The position numbers and the translations under genes are program-made. From NCBI RefSeq assembly GCF_009914755.1, contig NC_060935.1: a DNA stretch of 64,000 nucleotides, one strand, 5' to 3'. The notes below the pieces were generated by a model. The model did no database searches and was not told where the DNA came from. It saw only the letters and a program-made list of their open reading frames with translations. Below, one piece after another: positions 50,091 to 64,000 of this stretch. Position 1 is the stretch's first letter. Each line of letters begins with the position of its first letter. The stretch is from the human T2T-CHM13v2.0 reference genome, Homo sapiens.

Positions 50091-50398
50091 GGCCGGGCGT
50101 GGTGGCTCACGCCTGTAATCCCAGCACTTTGGGAGGCCTAGGTGGGTGGATCACAAGGTCAGGAGATCGAGACCATCCTGCCTAACATGGTGAAACCCCA
50201 TCTCTACTAAAAATACAAAAAAAAAAAAAATTAGCCTGGCGTGGTGGTGGGCGCCTGTAGTCCCAGCTACTCGGGAGGCTGAGATAGGAGAATGGCGTGA
50301 ACCCAGGAGGCAGAGCTTGAACCGAGATGGTGCCACTGCACTCCAGCCTGGGCGACAGAGCAAGACTCTGTCTCAAAAAAAAAAAAAAAAAAAAAAAA
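50091..50398 (+). mobile_element. AluY
   Basis: ggccgggcgtggtggctcacgcc start, gaatggcgtgaaccc, gcagagcttg; 24-nt A tail; TSD core gtgagtaca on both sides. Confidence 0.93.
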
Positions 50399-50506
50399 TT
50401 CATGGTGAGTACAAAAGTCCTCATGGCCTAAAGTGTAGAACTTAGAGAAAAGTACAAAAATATGGGTCAATTAACTAATGAAATAGTGATTCATTTATCT
50501 TCCTAG

Positions 50507-51610
<1,104 letters not shown>

Positions 51611-51879
51611 CAATCTAAATTTGGCAGCACAATATTTAGAATAAAGAACAATGGACTGGATTCTAACACTATTTCTGTCATTAATTAGATGAATGAGTGA
51701 CTTCAGACAAATATGTCAAATAAAGATGCTCAAATGGACACAATCATATAAAAAATTTCTGCATTATAACTTTTCTTTTGGAATACAGATTTTTAAAATT
51801 AATGAGAGAAGAACAAACCAGTCAAAGAGAGAGAGAGAAATTGAGGGAGAGAAAATTTCCACTTTGACTATGATAAACT

Positions 51880-54800
51880 AATTTATAACATTCTCTTGCT
51901 AAGAACAACTCAAAAGGATGGATTATAAAAAATATTTGAAGTCATAAACAAGTCACGAAGTCAGCCAGGACTTATGGGTCCAAGATCCCTGAGAGAAGAA
52001 AATTCATGAGGAAAGGTACTCAACACATCTTTTCCCCTCAGCTCATTTTCCTGTTAGAAGCTAGTGCTAAGCAAGAGACTGTGAAGCTGAACAGAGAGCT
52101 GACAGAGCTTTTGGCAGTCTCAATGGACTGGGGAAACAAAAATTAGGGTTCAGGGTTGAAAAGGACTCTATGACTTGATAATTCAAGATTTTGCAGTGAC
52201 AAAAAGTACAAAGAAATGAATCCAACACTATGTGCTGTTTATTTTTCTCAAAGCAATAGTCAATTCATTAGCAAAGTGGGGAAGGAGACTATGAAGTTGG
52301 GAAGAAGGAAGTCTCTGAGAAGCTAAGAACTTTCAACAATCACACGATGCTGGAGAGTAAAAAAATGGGTTCAGGGCCCACCAATAAGGAATTAACTTGG
52401 TAAACATCTAAGGGTTAAGGCAGAGATAGGGTTAGGGTTAAGGTTGGGGATAGATATAGGGGAACAAACTAAAAATAGAACTTGCTCATAAAAACTGAAA
52501 CATTGTGCTTGATCCAGCCCAGCCCATAGTTACATTAAAGTGATATCCCTGTACTCTAGCTGCACTTAATTTCTTTTCCTCTTTTTTTAAGTAAAACCTC
52601 TCCAAAGAGAGATAACATTCAGATTATCTACAATTTTTCATATATAATAACTGTCATTCAATAAAAATCAGCTATCCAAGAAATAATAAAAGAAAAAACA
52701 GAACAGAGTTGCCATTGATACAGATATTAGAGTTATTAGAAAAGATCTTTGAAATAACCATAATCGACATGGTTCAGAAAATAAATGGCATCCCTAAGAT
52801 ATGGGTACTTTTCTGTATAGATGTTATCCTTCACTAAAAAGTTTATTCTTAAATTTTAAGATGTAGAAAGTAGCAAATTTCTCCAGAAAACTATATCTTT
52901 GAAAAAGAATCAATGAAAATTCAAAAACTAAAAAATTCAATAAGTGAAATTCAGAATTCAATAGGGGAATTTAAAAATGAATATGTTTCAGCAGAAGAGA
53001 GTGGCAGTAAACCAGAAGAAATGTTAATTAATAGATCCAAGCACTAAAAGATTAAAAATTATTTTACAATGCCATAAAAGACATATACATCATTATACAA
53101 ATAACGAAGTGTGTGTCAATGGACTCTGAGTATTGAAAGAGAGAGAATGTAGCAGAAGCATTATATGATGTATAATGATCAGTACATTTTCAAAACTGAC
53201 AAGAAAAAAAGCTACAGATTCAAGAAGTGCTGCAAATCCCAAGTAGGGAAAGTACAAAGAAAACACACCAAAACATACAATAATCAAATTGCTGAAAACC
53301 AATGACAGAGACTGACTCTTAAAAGCAGACATTAATTATAAAGAAGCAAAGATAACACTGGCAGCAATAATGAAAGCCATAGGCATTTTTAATGTACTGA
53401 CTGCCTAACTTGAATTTTATATTCACTGAAAATACAATTCAAAAACGTAGGCAAAATAAAAACACTTTCATCAAACAAAAAACAATGAATACACCAGCAG
53501 ATCTATATTTTAAAAAATACTAAAGAGAGTACTTCAGGTAGAAGGAAAATGATACTGGAAGGAAGCAGAAACATACAGAAAGGATTGGAGGGCCAAAAAT
53601 AGGGTCAATATATGGGTAAGTCTAAGTGAATATTGGCTATGCAGTCCTTAGAAGAAATTTGTAGCTATTATATAGCTTGTAATACATATATTTTTAAAAG
53701 GAGAATATCTAGAAATCAAAGTTTCCATCTCAGGAAGCAGTAAAAGTAAATAAAATAAAGCCCGGATATAGTTGAAGGAAGAAGATAATTAAGATGAAAA
53801 TCAGTAACAAATAATATATAAATGTAAAATTGGAATTGCTTAGCTATTAGAAAAGGCTTTAAAATGATAACCATCTATTATAAATGATCAAGAAGAGAAA
53901 TGGGACAAGTTACTAATATTAGGAGTAAAAAATAAAACATCACTTCAGATCTTACCAAAGACAATATAAACAACTTTATGCCAATTAAAGCTAAAAATTT
54001 AGTTGAAATGGAGAAAGCCTAGCTGCAAAATAACTTACCAAAACCAATACAAGAGTAAATTTTCTAATCTCTGATAAATAAATTGAATTACTAATTTAAA
54101 ACCTTTACAGAAGGAAATATCAAGCCCAAAGACTTCAGAGGTGAATTATTCCAAATATTAAAATAATAATGTTAATCTAAAACAAACTCTTCCAGAGAAC
54201 AGCAAAAGATAAATCATTTCCCAATTTCTTTTAAGGCCAGCGTATTTTTGATTTTAAAAAAGACAAAAACAGTATAGGAAAGGAAAATTACAGGCCAATC
54301 TTTCTCATTAGCATGAAAGCAAAAAAAAGTAAAACAGCTACATATGAAAAGAATAACACCACATAATTTAAACTTTCAAAAATCAGCCAACACAATTCAC
54401 CACATTAAGAGACAAAAAGGAAAAAAAATATGGTAATTTTAATAGATACAGAAAATATACTGTATAAAGTTCAACACTTATTTTTAAAAATCATAGCAAA
54501 CTAAGAACAAAAGGGAATGACTTTAAACTGAAAAACACTTTTGAAACATTATATTAATGTGAAATATTAGAATATTCTTGTTTAATATTAGAATGCCAGC
54601 TATCATCATGTCTATTCAATACAATACTGGAGATTTTAGCCAGGAAAATAAGAAAAGAAAAAAATTAGAAGAGACCAAATAAAACTATCAATATTCTCAA
54701 TTAATTCAAATTATTTACATAGTAAATCCAAAAGAATCTATAGACGAAGCATTAGAAATGTAAGTGAATTTAGCAAGTTGTCTACATACAATGTCAATAT

Positions 54801-56470
54801 ATAAAAATCAATTGCATTTCTTTAAATATATCACCAACAATTGAAAAATAAAATTTAAAAATGATACAGTTTTTATCAACATATAGCACCTCTGAATGAG
54901 TAAATGTAATGAGATGTTCAAGAATTCTACACAGTGAATTATAAAGTATTGAAAGAAATTAAAGAAGACAAATAAATATATGTACACATATATATCATGC
55001 CATTAAATTATAAGCTCAAAGTTTTAAGAACATAAATCCTTCTCAAGTTGGCCCACAGATTCAATGAATTCACAACCAAAATCGCATAAAGGACATCTGT
55101 GGAAATTGACAAGTTGATTCCGAAATGTATATGGAAATGCAAATATACAAGAATTGCTATGAAAATTGTGTAGAAATATCAAATTGTAGGACTTACACTA
55201 CCAGATATTAAAACCTTATGTACAGTAATTAAGATAGTGCTCAGTTTGCATAAGGACAAATAGACCAGGTATTTGAATAGGGTTTAAAAATAGGCCCACT
55301 GATATAAGGTTACTTAATATACATCAAAGGTATACTATAATTAAATGGGGGAAAAGGTGTTCTTATCAACAAATAATTAATTATATATCCATATGAGGGA
55401 AAATGAATTGTGACCCCTTACCTCATACTATACACAAAATCAATTCCAAGTCAATTTAGATCTAAATGTGAAAAATTCTAAGAGAGAACATAAAAAATAT
55501 TTTAACAAACTTGGAGTCTGCATAGATTTCCTAAAAAGGACACAAAAGGCACTTTATCATTTCATAAAGAAAAAGAATGATAAATTGGACAAAATTAAAA
55601 GTAATAACTTTAGTTCAAAAGTCGCCGTTAGAAAAAGGAAAATGCAAGAAAAAGAGTGAAATAAAATGTTTGGAATACATACATCCAAAATAGGACTCAT
55701 ATTCAGAATACATATAAATCAGTAAAATAAATAAGATAAAAGAAAACCCAGACCGATAAATATATAGAAAGATCCTCAAGCTTCTTAATGAGAGAAATAC
55801 AAAATTGAAATTACAATATTTCTATGGACCTAACAAAGTAGCTACTGAAAAAAAAAATGTAGAGCAGCTGGAAGTAACATACATTGCTGGTGGGAGTATA
55901 GATTTGTATAATCACTTTGGAAAACTCTATAAAATTTTCTACTACAGTTAAACATATGCTTATTCTAAGATCTAGCAATTGTACTACCAGTTGAATAAAT
56001 GAAGGCATATCACACCCAAAGTTTACAAAAATGTTCTTACCAGATTTAGTCATAATAGCCTGAAACTGGAAAGCAAACTAATATCCATCAACATCAGAGT
56101 GAACAAATAGTGAGGTGTATTCGTACAATGGATCACCATATGGGAATGAAAAGGGATAAAGTGCAATAACAGTTTCCAAAAGACAAACTGCAACAACATA
56201 AATGAATCTTACAAATATAATTTTGAGTGAAATAAGCAAGGGGAAAAATAGTCTACGATTCTAGGCATATAAGTTTCACAGGTGTAACTAATTTGTCATG
56301 ATAAAAGTCAGAGGAGTGGTTATTTTTGCAGTGTAACTGTTAGTGATTGACAAAGTCCACTAGGGATATCGATTTCTCTACCTGGGAAGTTGTGTTCACT
56401 TTGTGAAAATTCATCAAGCTATGCACCCTGTGAGCTTTTCTGCATTGATATTTTATTTCAATTTTAAAAG
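51880..56470 (+). mobile_element. Long ancient L1M (L1MD/ME-like) with ORF1, ORF2 and 3'UTR remnants
   Basis: A-rich sense strand with L1 motifs: cagatttcaagaagtgc, aaattgctgaaaacc, caactttatgccaat, aggaaaattacaggccaatc, atagatacagaaaa, gaatttagcaag, cttacactaccagat, gctggtgggagtata, and 3'UTR ttcactttgtgaaaattcatcaagct. Confidence 0.8.
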
Positions 56471-56510
56471 ATACACTTGTATAAATACGTAAATATACTA
56501 GAGCATAGTG

Positions 56511-57850
56511 TTTTTTAATTGTAGTAAAATAAAAATAACATAAAATCTACCCTCTTAAATTTTTAAGTGTACAGTACTACATTATTAACTATAAGCACAA
56601 TGCTGTACAGTAGATCTGTAGAACTTTTTCACCTTGCATGACAAACTTTACATCCATTAAAGAAAAACTCACCATTTCCCTCTCTCTCCAGCCCCTGGCA
56701 ACCACCATTTTACTTTCTGTTTCAGTGAGTTTGGCGACTTTAGACACTTCACATAACTGGAATTATGCAGTATTTGTCCCATCACTGGCTTATTTCACTT
56801 AGTATAATGTCCTAAAGGTTTATCTTTGTTGTACATATTGTAGCATATGACAAGATTTTCATTTTTTAAAGGCTAAGTATATGTATATAATATATAACAT
56901 AAGCATATTATATACATATATGTATATATAATGTTATAAATGAATCTCATAATACATCACAAGATGTTATATATACATAACATTATATATGTGTGTGTAT
57001 ATATATGTGTATATATATACACGCATATGCATATGTGTGTGTGTGTATATATATGTGTATATATATATACACGCATATGTATATGTGTGTGTGTGTATAC
57101 ATGTATTTATATATACACGCGTACATATATATAACATTTTCTTTATCCCAACACCCCCAATGGACATTTAGGTTGTTTCTACCTCATAGATATTGTGAAT
57201 AATGCTGCATTGAATGCAGAAATGCAAATATCTCTTTAAGATCCACATTTCAAATTCTTTTGGATAAATACACAGACGTGAGATTGGTGGGTCATATGAA
57301 AATTAAATTTTTTATTTTTTTATGAACTCAAAACTGTTTTCCGTGGCAGGTTCACTATCTTACATTCCCAGAAACAGTGTATAAGGGTTCTAATTTCTCC
57401 ACATCCTTCTCAACACTTGTTATCTTCTGGGTTTTTCTTTTTTTGTTGTTTTTTTTTGTTTGTTTTGTTTTTGGTTTTGCTTTTTTGTTTTGTTTTTTAA
57501 TGGTCATCTTAACAAGTGTGAAGTGATATCTCCTTGTGGTTTTGACTTGCATTTCGCTGATGGTTAGTGATGTTGAGCATCTTTTCATATACCTGTTGGC
57601 CATTTGTATGCCTTCTATGGAGAAATGTCTACTCAAATCCTTTGTCCATTTTTTAATTTTTTTGCTTTTGAGTTATAGAAGTTCCTTATATATTCCGAAT
57701 ATTAACTCTTTACAAGTGATGTGATTTGTAGATATTTTCTCCCATTCCATAGGTTGCCTTTTCACTCTGTTGTTTCCTTTGCTGTGCAGAAGCTTTATAG
57801 TTTGATATAGTCCCACTTGTCAATTTTTGTTTTTGTAGCCTGTGCTTTAT
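56511..57850 (-). mobile_element. L1MA9/L1MB-type 3' end
   Basis: aacataaaatctaccctcttaaatttttaagtgtacagt; ccagcccctggcaaccaccatt; ORF2 remnant [24 protein letters not shown]. Confidence 0.85.
56877..57133. repeat. Compound (TA)/(TG)/(CA) microsatellite with ~46-50-bp higher-order unit
   Basis: Alternating purine-pyrimidine tract; the marker tacacgc recurs at ~57018, 57068 and 57114. Confidence 0.9.
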
Positions 57851-59644
57851 TTTTTTAATTGAAATTTCTATCTGAGTTATTCTGACTTCACTCTTTCTGC
57901 ACTGGCATCTTTTTTTCTACAAATTATTTCAAGAATACATACACGATTTGAACTATTCTGCTGTTTTTTGCTTAGATATTATTTGGCCTAGATGAGTTAC
58001 AGAAACAAAATTTGCAACTTGAATTTCTCAGTCGCTGCAACAAATGTGCTGCTTCTGAAGGCATATCCCTCAGGAGGCAAGTATCATATAGTTTGAAGGG
58101 ATGTGTCAGTCAAGGCTCAAAAAAATAATGCTGTAAAAACTGAGGAAATTTAGTATTATACTAAAGCTGATGGTTAAGATGTAAATATTTTATTTTTGTC
58201 CTTCCCAGAAACACATACATAATTTTAAACTTCTCTAAAATGAACACTATTGGCCAAATCCTAAGAAATTGTGAACGACAAATTCCATCACTAAGTTATC
58301 CCATATATGTGTACTGTATTTTTCTCATTTTTATTTTAGTGAATAGAAATGTTAGAAAGTCTATCAAAATAACCAAAATATACAAAATAACTAAGGATTG
58401 ACCCCATTAACTTTGCCAACAGTCTTGCTCTCTGAGTGTTACTGAAGATCATTCTATCTTGCACAATTCAGGCAAGCACTCCAATTCTTCAGTCACTTTA
58501 CTCCTAACATACCATGTGACTCTAGAAATTTCCCCCAGCCCATTTTACACTCGCATGGCTCAGTTGAAAAATTTGAGGTTAACACAACCAGAAGATTGAA
58601 GATGAACATAATTTATAAAAAGAGGGGTCACTTTGGAAGTTATAGTAAATAGGCAAGGGTTTCTCATTATTATACTGATAAAATCTAAAGCTAGGCCTCT
58701 TTCATTTTGGTTATCTGAAATTGAACAGAGCTTATATTCTATATACTTATAATGCTCTCTGAGCAATTCAGAAAAAAAGGAGGCTCTTTTATGCTATGAA
58801 GAAAAGTACAGTTTGACATTTATGGGTAAAAAATTATATCAATGCAATAGTTGAAAAAATGTAGGGGAAAGCTTAGATTTAATTTGTGTTTGATCATTGC
58901 ATTCCAGGTAAAAATTTCATATAAAAATATTTTATTTGTAATAGATAGACTTTAAACACTTATCTGCAAATCTGGGCTCATGGTTCCTACTTTGCCCAAG
59001 AGAGAGGGTTGTTAAGAAGATAATAAATATTACAGGTAACATTTATTGAAAAGTCATTAAATGCAAACATTGTGTTAAATATTTTATCTTTATAAGATAG
59101 GTAGTATCACAGACAAATGAAAAAAAAAAACTGACAGGAAAGATAAGTTTTTACCATAGGTCATACAGCTTGTTAGGGCAAAGAAAGACTTTTAAATAAT
59201 GTTTGTTTTATTTGCAAATTCATGTTATTAACTTACCTCACAGAGATCTAGTAAGATAATAGAAATGAGTGCTTTAAAAGTTATATGTCACTAAACTTCA
59301 GTTAGTAAACTAACTGAAGAGGCAGATCTGAAACTAAAATGGGCATTTTGCATGTATCTGCTTTTGAAGCCTCTGAAACCAGAAGACTAAAAGAGAGTTA
59401 GTACTCATCACAACTAGGTTGTGGTTTTTGAAATGAATAATCAACATAACAGAGAAATAAGCACACTAAGCAGTATACAACATTTTTACAATTGTTAAAA
59501 TGCCTCTGCCAGCAGAGGTGGGGATGACTGGTATAACATCCTGAAATGCATGTACATATAGTATGTGCATATTGTCAAAATTCTAAATGTAGTGCTAAAG
59601 TACTAAGACGGTGATAACTTAACAAAATCTTATATTAAAGATTT

Positions 59645-59911
59645 TGTAGTGGGTACTGAGTTTACTGCACAGATTCCCCGCTTCAGGGTCAAAGCGCTCA
59701 TTCTCGCAGCTGTTAGGAGTGTTAGCCGCTAAGGCTTACCATCTCTTGGAAGTTGCCTTGACCAAAATTACTTCATTTCTTCACTAGGGCAAACTGCATC
59801 CAATGATCCCCATAGGATCAGCTGAGGCCTCTGTTGAGTGTTCTCTAATAAGTTCTTGCATACAAATCTCAGAGTTTTGAGTCTGTTTTCTGGGGAGCCT
59901 GGCCTGCAACA
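59645..59911 (+). mobile_element. ERVL LTR remnant (LTR16-like)
   Basis: tgtag...cagattccccgcttcagg...ctcattctcgcagctgttaggagtgttagc; end gagtctgttttctggggagcctggcctgcaaca. Confidence 0.7.
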
Positions 59912-61181
59912 ATGATTAATCCCAAATTCTCTCATAGTCCACTGCATATGGTTCTTGCTATTATTACAAAAGATGTACTTTTTTCTATTTTCCCAATATC
60001 AAGTAATGGAGCAGTAAATCTTCTACACAGAACTGACATTACTTTATGGGGCTCCTAGAAATTTTATATAGAGTCTGTACGTAACAAGGCAATCACAATG
60101 AAAAACGGTACACCTTATGACTAAAAGACTTTTAAAGACTTATATGGTTATTGGCTTAGGAGATTTCTTTCTACAAAACAAAAGTTTTAAGTTATAAAGC
60201 ATAGACTTAAGTAGAAATGTGCTGTATTTCCCTCTAACTTGCGTGCAGCTAAATGAGTTTTTTTTCCCATTCTTTCTTGAATAAAATATAAAATCTAGGC
60301 TGTAAAATGGAAATAACCCCTGCTGCTTTATAAATCTATAAAAAGTCATTTGATAAGAAGCAATGATTTGTAGTACTTGTGGGATAATTTATATCAAATG
60401 GTACCAGAAACTTCACTTCAACAAAAATTTGACATTTATTAACCATCTATTATATGCAAGGCACTCATCTGGGTTCTGTGGTGACAAATAAGGCGATATT
60501 AGACTAAATACTTGTTGACTCAGTTGCCACTATTCCTTTCCTTCAGGATCCCATAATTTAGTTGAGAAAAAAGGGAAAATAAAAAATAACACAAATACAA
60601 GGCAAGCAGTTATTAAATCCATGGGTATGTTTGTTAAAAAACAAATACGAGGACAAAACTGAATGTCTGTCATATAATTAATATGTTTGTTTGCATATAT
60701 CCAAGAAGCAGGAATACATCATAACCAAGAAATAATACCAAATATTTTCAGAGGATCTGTCCAGCCTGAATGTTAAAAGTGAAGAAACCATGCTATCACT
60801 GAGCTTATATTATAAAAACATTTTATCTTTTCAAAAATGTTCTAATAAATTCTATTCAATTCTAGGTACAAGAAGCTAGAGAGGCTTATGAATGAATACA
60901 CTGAAAGGTCACTATAAAATGCACATTTGCCTATATATAAAATCATCATATTGCACATCAGACCTACTCCTTGTTCTCCTTTTCCTCTCAGTACGTGGCA
61001 GCAGTAATTGTTCAAGCTAAAAATCTGGAAATCAACTCTGACACTTTTCTATACCTCGCCACTTACATATAAACAAATCAATCTAATATACAGTATAACC
61101 TATTTTATCTCCTAATTATACATTTTCAAAAGGGATTATACCATCCCCTAGGGAGTGAAAATTGATTATGTAGGAAAGGGG

Positions 61182-61490
61182 TGCGATAGTTAGTTTTATC
61201 TCAACTTGGCTAAGCTGTGGTACCAAGCTGTTTGGTCAAACACTATTTGAGATGTTGCTTTGAAGGTATTTTTTACATATGATTAGCATTCAGAATCAGT
61301 TAACTCTAATTAAAACAGATTACCCTTCATAATATGGATGGGTCTTATCCAATTAATTAAAGGCCTTAAGAGCAAAGACTGAGGATCCCCAAAGAAGAGA
61401 GAATTCTATCTCAAGATTATAACATACAAATTCTGCCTTAGTTTCCACCCTTCCAGCCTCTCTCTCTTTCTCTCTCTCTCTCTTTCTCTC
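61182..61490 (+). mobile_element. MLT2 (ERVL) LTR 5' part, nested in a hAT-like remnant (~61130-61720)
   Basis: tgcgatagttagttttatctcaacttggctaagct...tttggtcaaacact...gatgttgctttgaaggtatttt...aaggccttaagagcaaagactgagg; the flanking remnant ends in a hAT-like aagaaacactg. Confidence 0.7.
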
Positions 61491-62172
61491 CTTCCCCACC
61501 CCACGTTTGACAAGCACAAAGGTGAAAAATATTTTTATGTATAAAGTACCGATATAGGTACTTTACATAAAGAGATAAGTAGTATATCTGTGGTATAAAA
61601 ATTTCAAGAGGGGTGGAGTCAATTAGTACAAAAGTTTCTAAAAAGTCTCCTGGTCTCTGGGCAGTGGAGAGGGGTGGGAGGAGTAGATAATAAAAAATGG
61701 TGAAGAAACACTGTTCTAAACATTTCTTTAGTATTAGTATGTCCTCTACTGTGTATCTTTTGAACACTACCCTAGAATAGTCCACTATTTATTATTAGAA
61801 ATATTGCTTCTAAAAGGGCTCTCTGTGGAGCTATCTTAATCCCCCATAAATGCATCTTCCACATTGTCTACCTAGTCTATGTAAAATGCAAATTTGACTA
61901 TGTTACTCCTTTTTTTTAAAACCCCTTGATGGCTCCAGGTTTGGGAATCTCTCATTTCTCCTCCACTAGAAACCCACAGGCATGGTAAGAGTCTTCATCA
62001 TTTCACAGAGGAGGATACTAAGATCCAGTTAGGTATAATGATTTCCCCAAGTTGCACAATTAAATAAAGGCAAATTCCGGATTTAAAACCAGGTTTCACA
62101 ATCTACATATCCAGCTTTTTTTAAATTTTAATTTTATTAAAAATTTTTTTATTATACTTTAAGTTCTGGGAT

Positions 62173-63668
62173 AAAATAACATATCAGGCATTTTATTGGA
62201 CCACAGTGGAATAAAGCTAGAAATTAATACCAAGAGGAACTCTCAAAAGTATAAAAATACATGGAAATTAAACAATCTGCTCCTGAATAATCTTTGGGTG
62301 AACAATGAAATTAAGGTGGAAATTTAAAAAATATATATTAAAGAAATAAAAATAGAGATAAAATATACCCAAATCTCTGGGATACAGAAAAAGCAGTGCT
62401 AAGAGAAAAGTTTATGGTGTTAAATGCCTATGTAAAAAAAATAGAAAGATCTCAAATTAACGATTTAACATCACACCTCAAAGAACTAAAAAAAGGAATA
62501 AACCAAACCCAAAGCTAGCTTAAGAAAGAATAAAGATCAGAGCAGAACTAAACAAAAGTGAGATAATAAATGCAATACAACTTTTCACAAAATGAAAAGT
62601 GGGTTCTTTGAAAAGATAAACAAAATAGCCAGATTAACTGAGAAGGAAACACAGAATTTTCAAATAAGCAAAATCAGAAATGATAAAGGTGACATCACAA
62701 CTAATAACCCAGAAATAGAAAAGATTATCAGAGACTACTATGAGCATCTCTATGAACAAATACTAGTAAAGCCAGAAAAGATGAACAAATTCCTGGAAAC
62801 AAACAACCTCCCAAGAATGACCAGGAAGAAATATAAATCCTAAGGAGATCAAGAGCCAGTAGTGAAATTAAATTAGCAATAAAAAACTCCCCTCCCAAAA
62901 AAGACCAGTGACAGAGGGATTCATAGCTGAATTTTACCAGATGTACAAAAGACAGTGGTACAAACGCTATTGAAATTGTTCCAAAAATCAAGGGGGAGAG
63001 AATCCTCCCTGACTCATTCTACAAAGCCAGTATCACTCTGATGACAAAGACAGGCAAGAACACAACAACAACAAAAAATTATAGGCCAATATACCTGAAG
63101 ATAGAGGCAAAAATTCTCAACAAAATACTAGCAAATTGAATCCAACAGCAAATTAAAAAGATAATACACCATGACCAATTGGGTTTTATCCAGGGATGTA
63201 AGGGTAGTTCAACATACAGAAATCAATAAATGTGATTCACCACATAAACAAAGTTAATAAAAAAAACTATATGATTATATCAACAGACACCGAAAAAGCA
63301 TTCAATAGAATTCAATATCCTATCATAATAAAAATCATCAACAAACTTAGCATCAAAAAACGAGCTTCAAGACAATAAAAGCCATATACAACAAACCTAC
63401 AGACAACATGGGGAAAAGTTGAAAGCATTCTCCCTAAGAACTGGAACAAAACAAGGATGCTCACTTTTACCACTTCTATTTAACACAGTATTAGAAGTCC
63501 TAGTTAGAGCCATCAGGCAAGAAGAAGAAATAAAAGGGATCCAAATTAGAAAACGGGAAGTCAAATTTTTCTGTTCACTGATGATATGTGCCTATATCTA
63601 GAAGACAATCCCATTACTGAGTATATATCCAAAGGGAAAGAAATCACTACATTAAAAAGACCTGCACT
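62173..63668 (+). mobile_element. L1PB-like internal ORF2 fragments (EN end to RT, then a 60-bp C-terminal piece)
   Basis: gaccacagtggaataaagctagaaatt; ORFs MKSGFFEKINKI..., [28 protein letters not shown]; jump at ~63607 to aatcccattactgagtatata. Confidence 0.85.

Positions 63669-64000
<332 letters not shown>

Noticed and set aside
52408-52462. Telomere-like tagggttagggttaagg motif
   Set aside because: Only about two perfect TTAGGG units within degenerate old-repeat sequence; too short to call an interstitial telomere or G-quadruplex.
56940-57202. Cys/Val/Tyr/Ile-rich ORFs
   Set aside because: Translations of the dinucleotide microsatellite.

Overview
AT-rich primate (human or great-ape-like) genomic DNA that looks intronic or intergenic. 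It is dominated by interspersed repeats (L1PA/L1PB/L1M LINEs, AluY/AluS SINEs, L2, MIR, solo LTRs and DNA-transposon remnants), and I found no intact protein-coding gene. The one gene-derived feature is a full-length processed pseudogene of HNRNPC (C1 isoform, minus strand, about 15379-18435). It has a poly(A) tail and an 11-bp target-site duplication (TSD), sits inside an ancient L1M, and is interrupted in its 3'UTR by a 5'-inverted L1PA with a 19-bp TSD. The most unusual structure is a 218-bp, 100%-identical copy of 3857-4074 (107 bp of non-Alu flank plus the 5' part of an AluY). It lies inside a different, older Alu 4.87 kb downstream (8723-8940) whose TSDs are intact, which points to a recent Alu-guided templated insertion or an assembly artefact. 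Other probable repair or rearrangement scars are a doubly truncated Alu fragment inside a MER57 LTR and a chimeric L1PA/L1PB block at the window end. I see no support for a new coding system. Repeat subfamily names come from recalled consensus motifs, and boundaries of old repeats are approximate.
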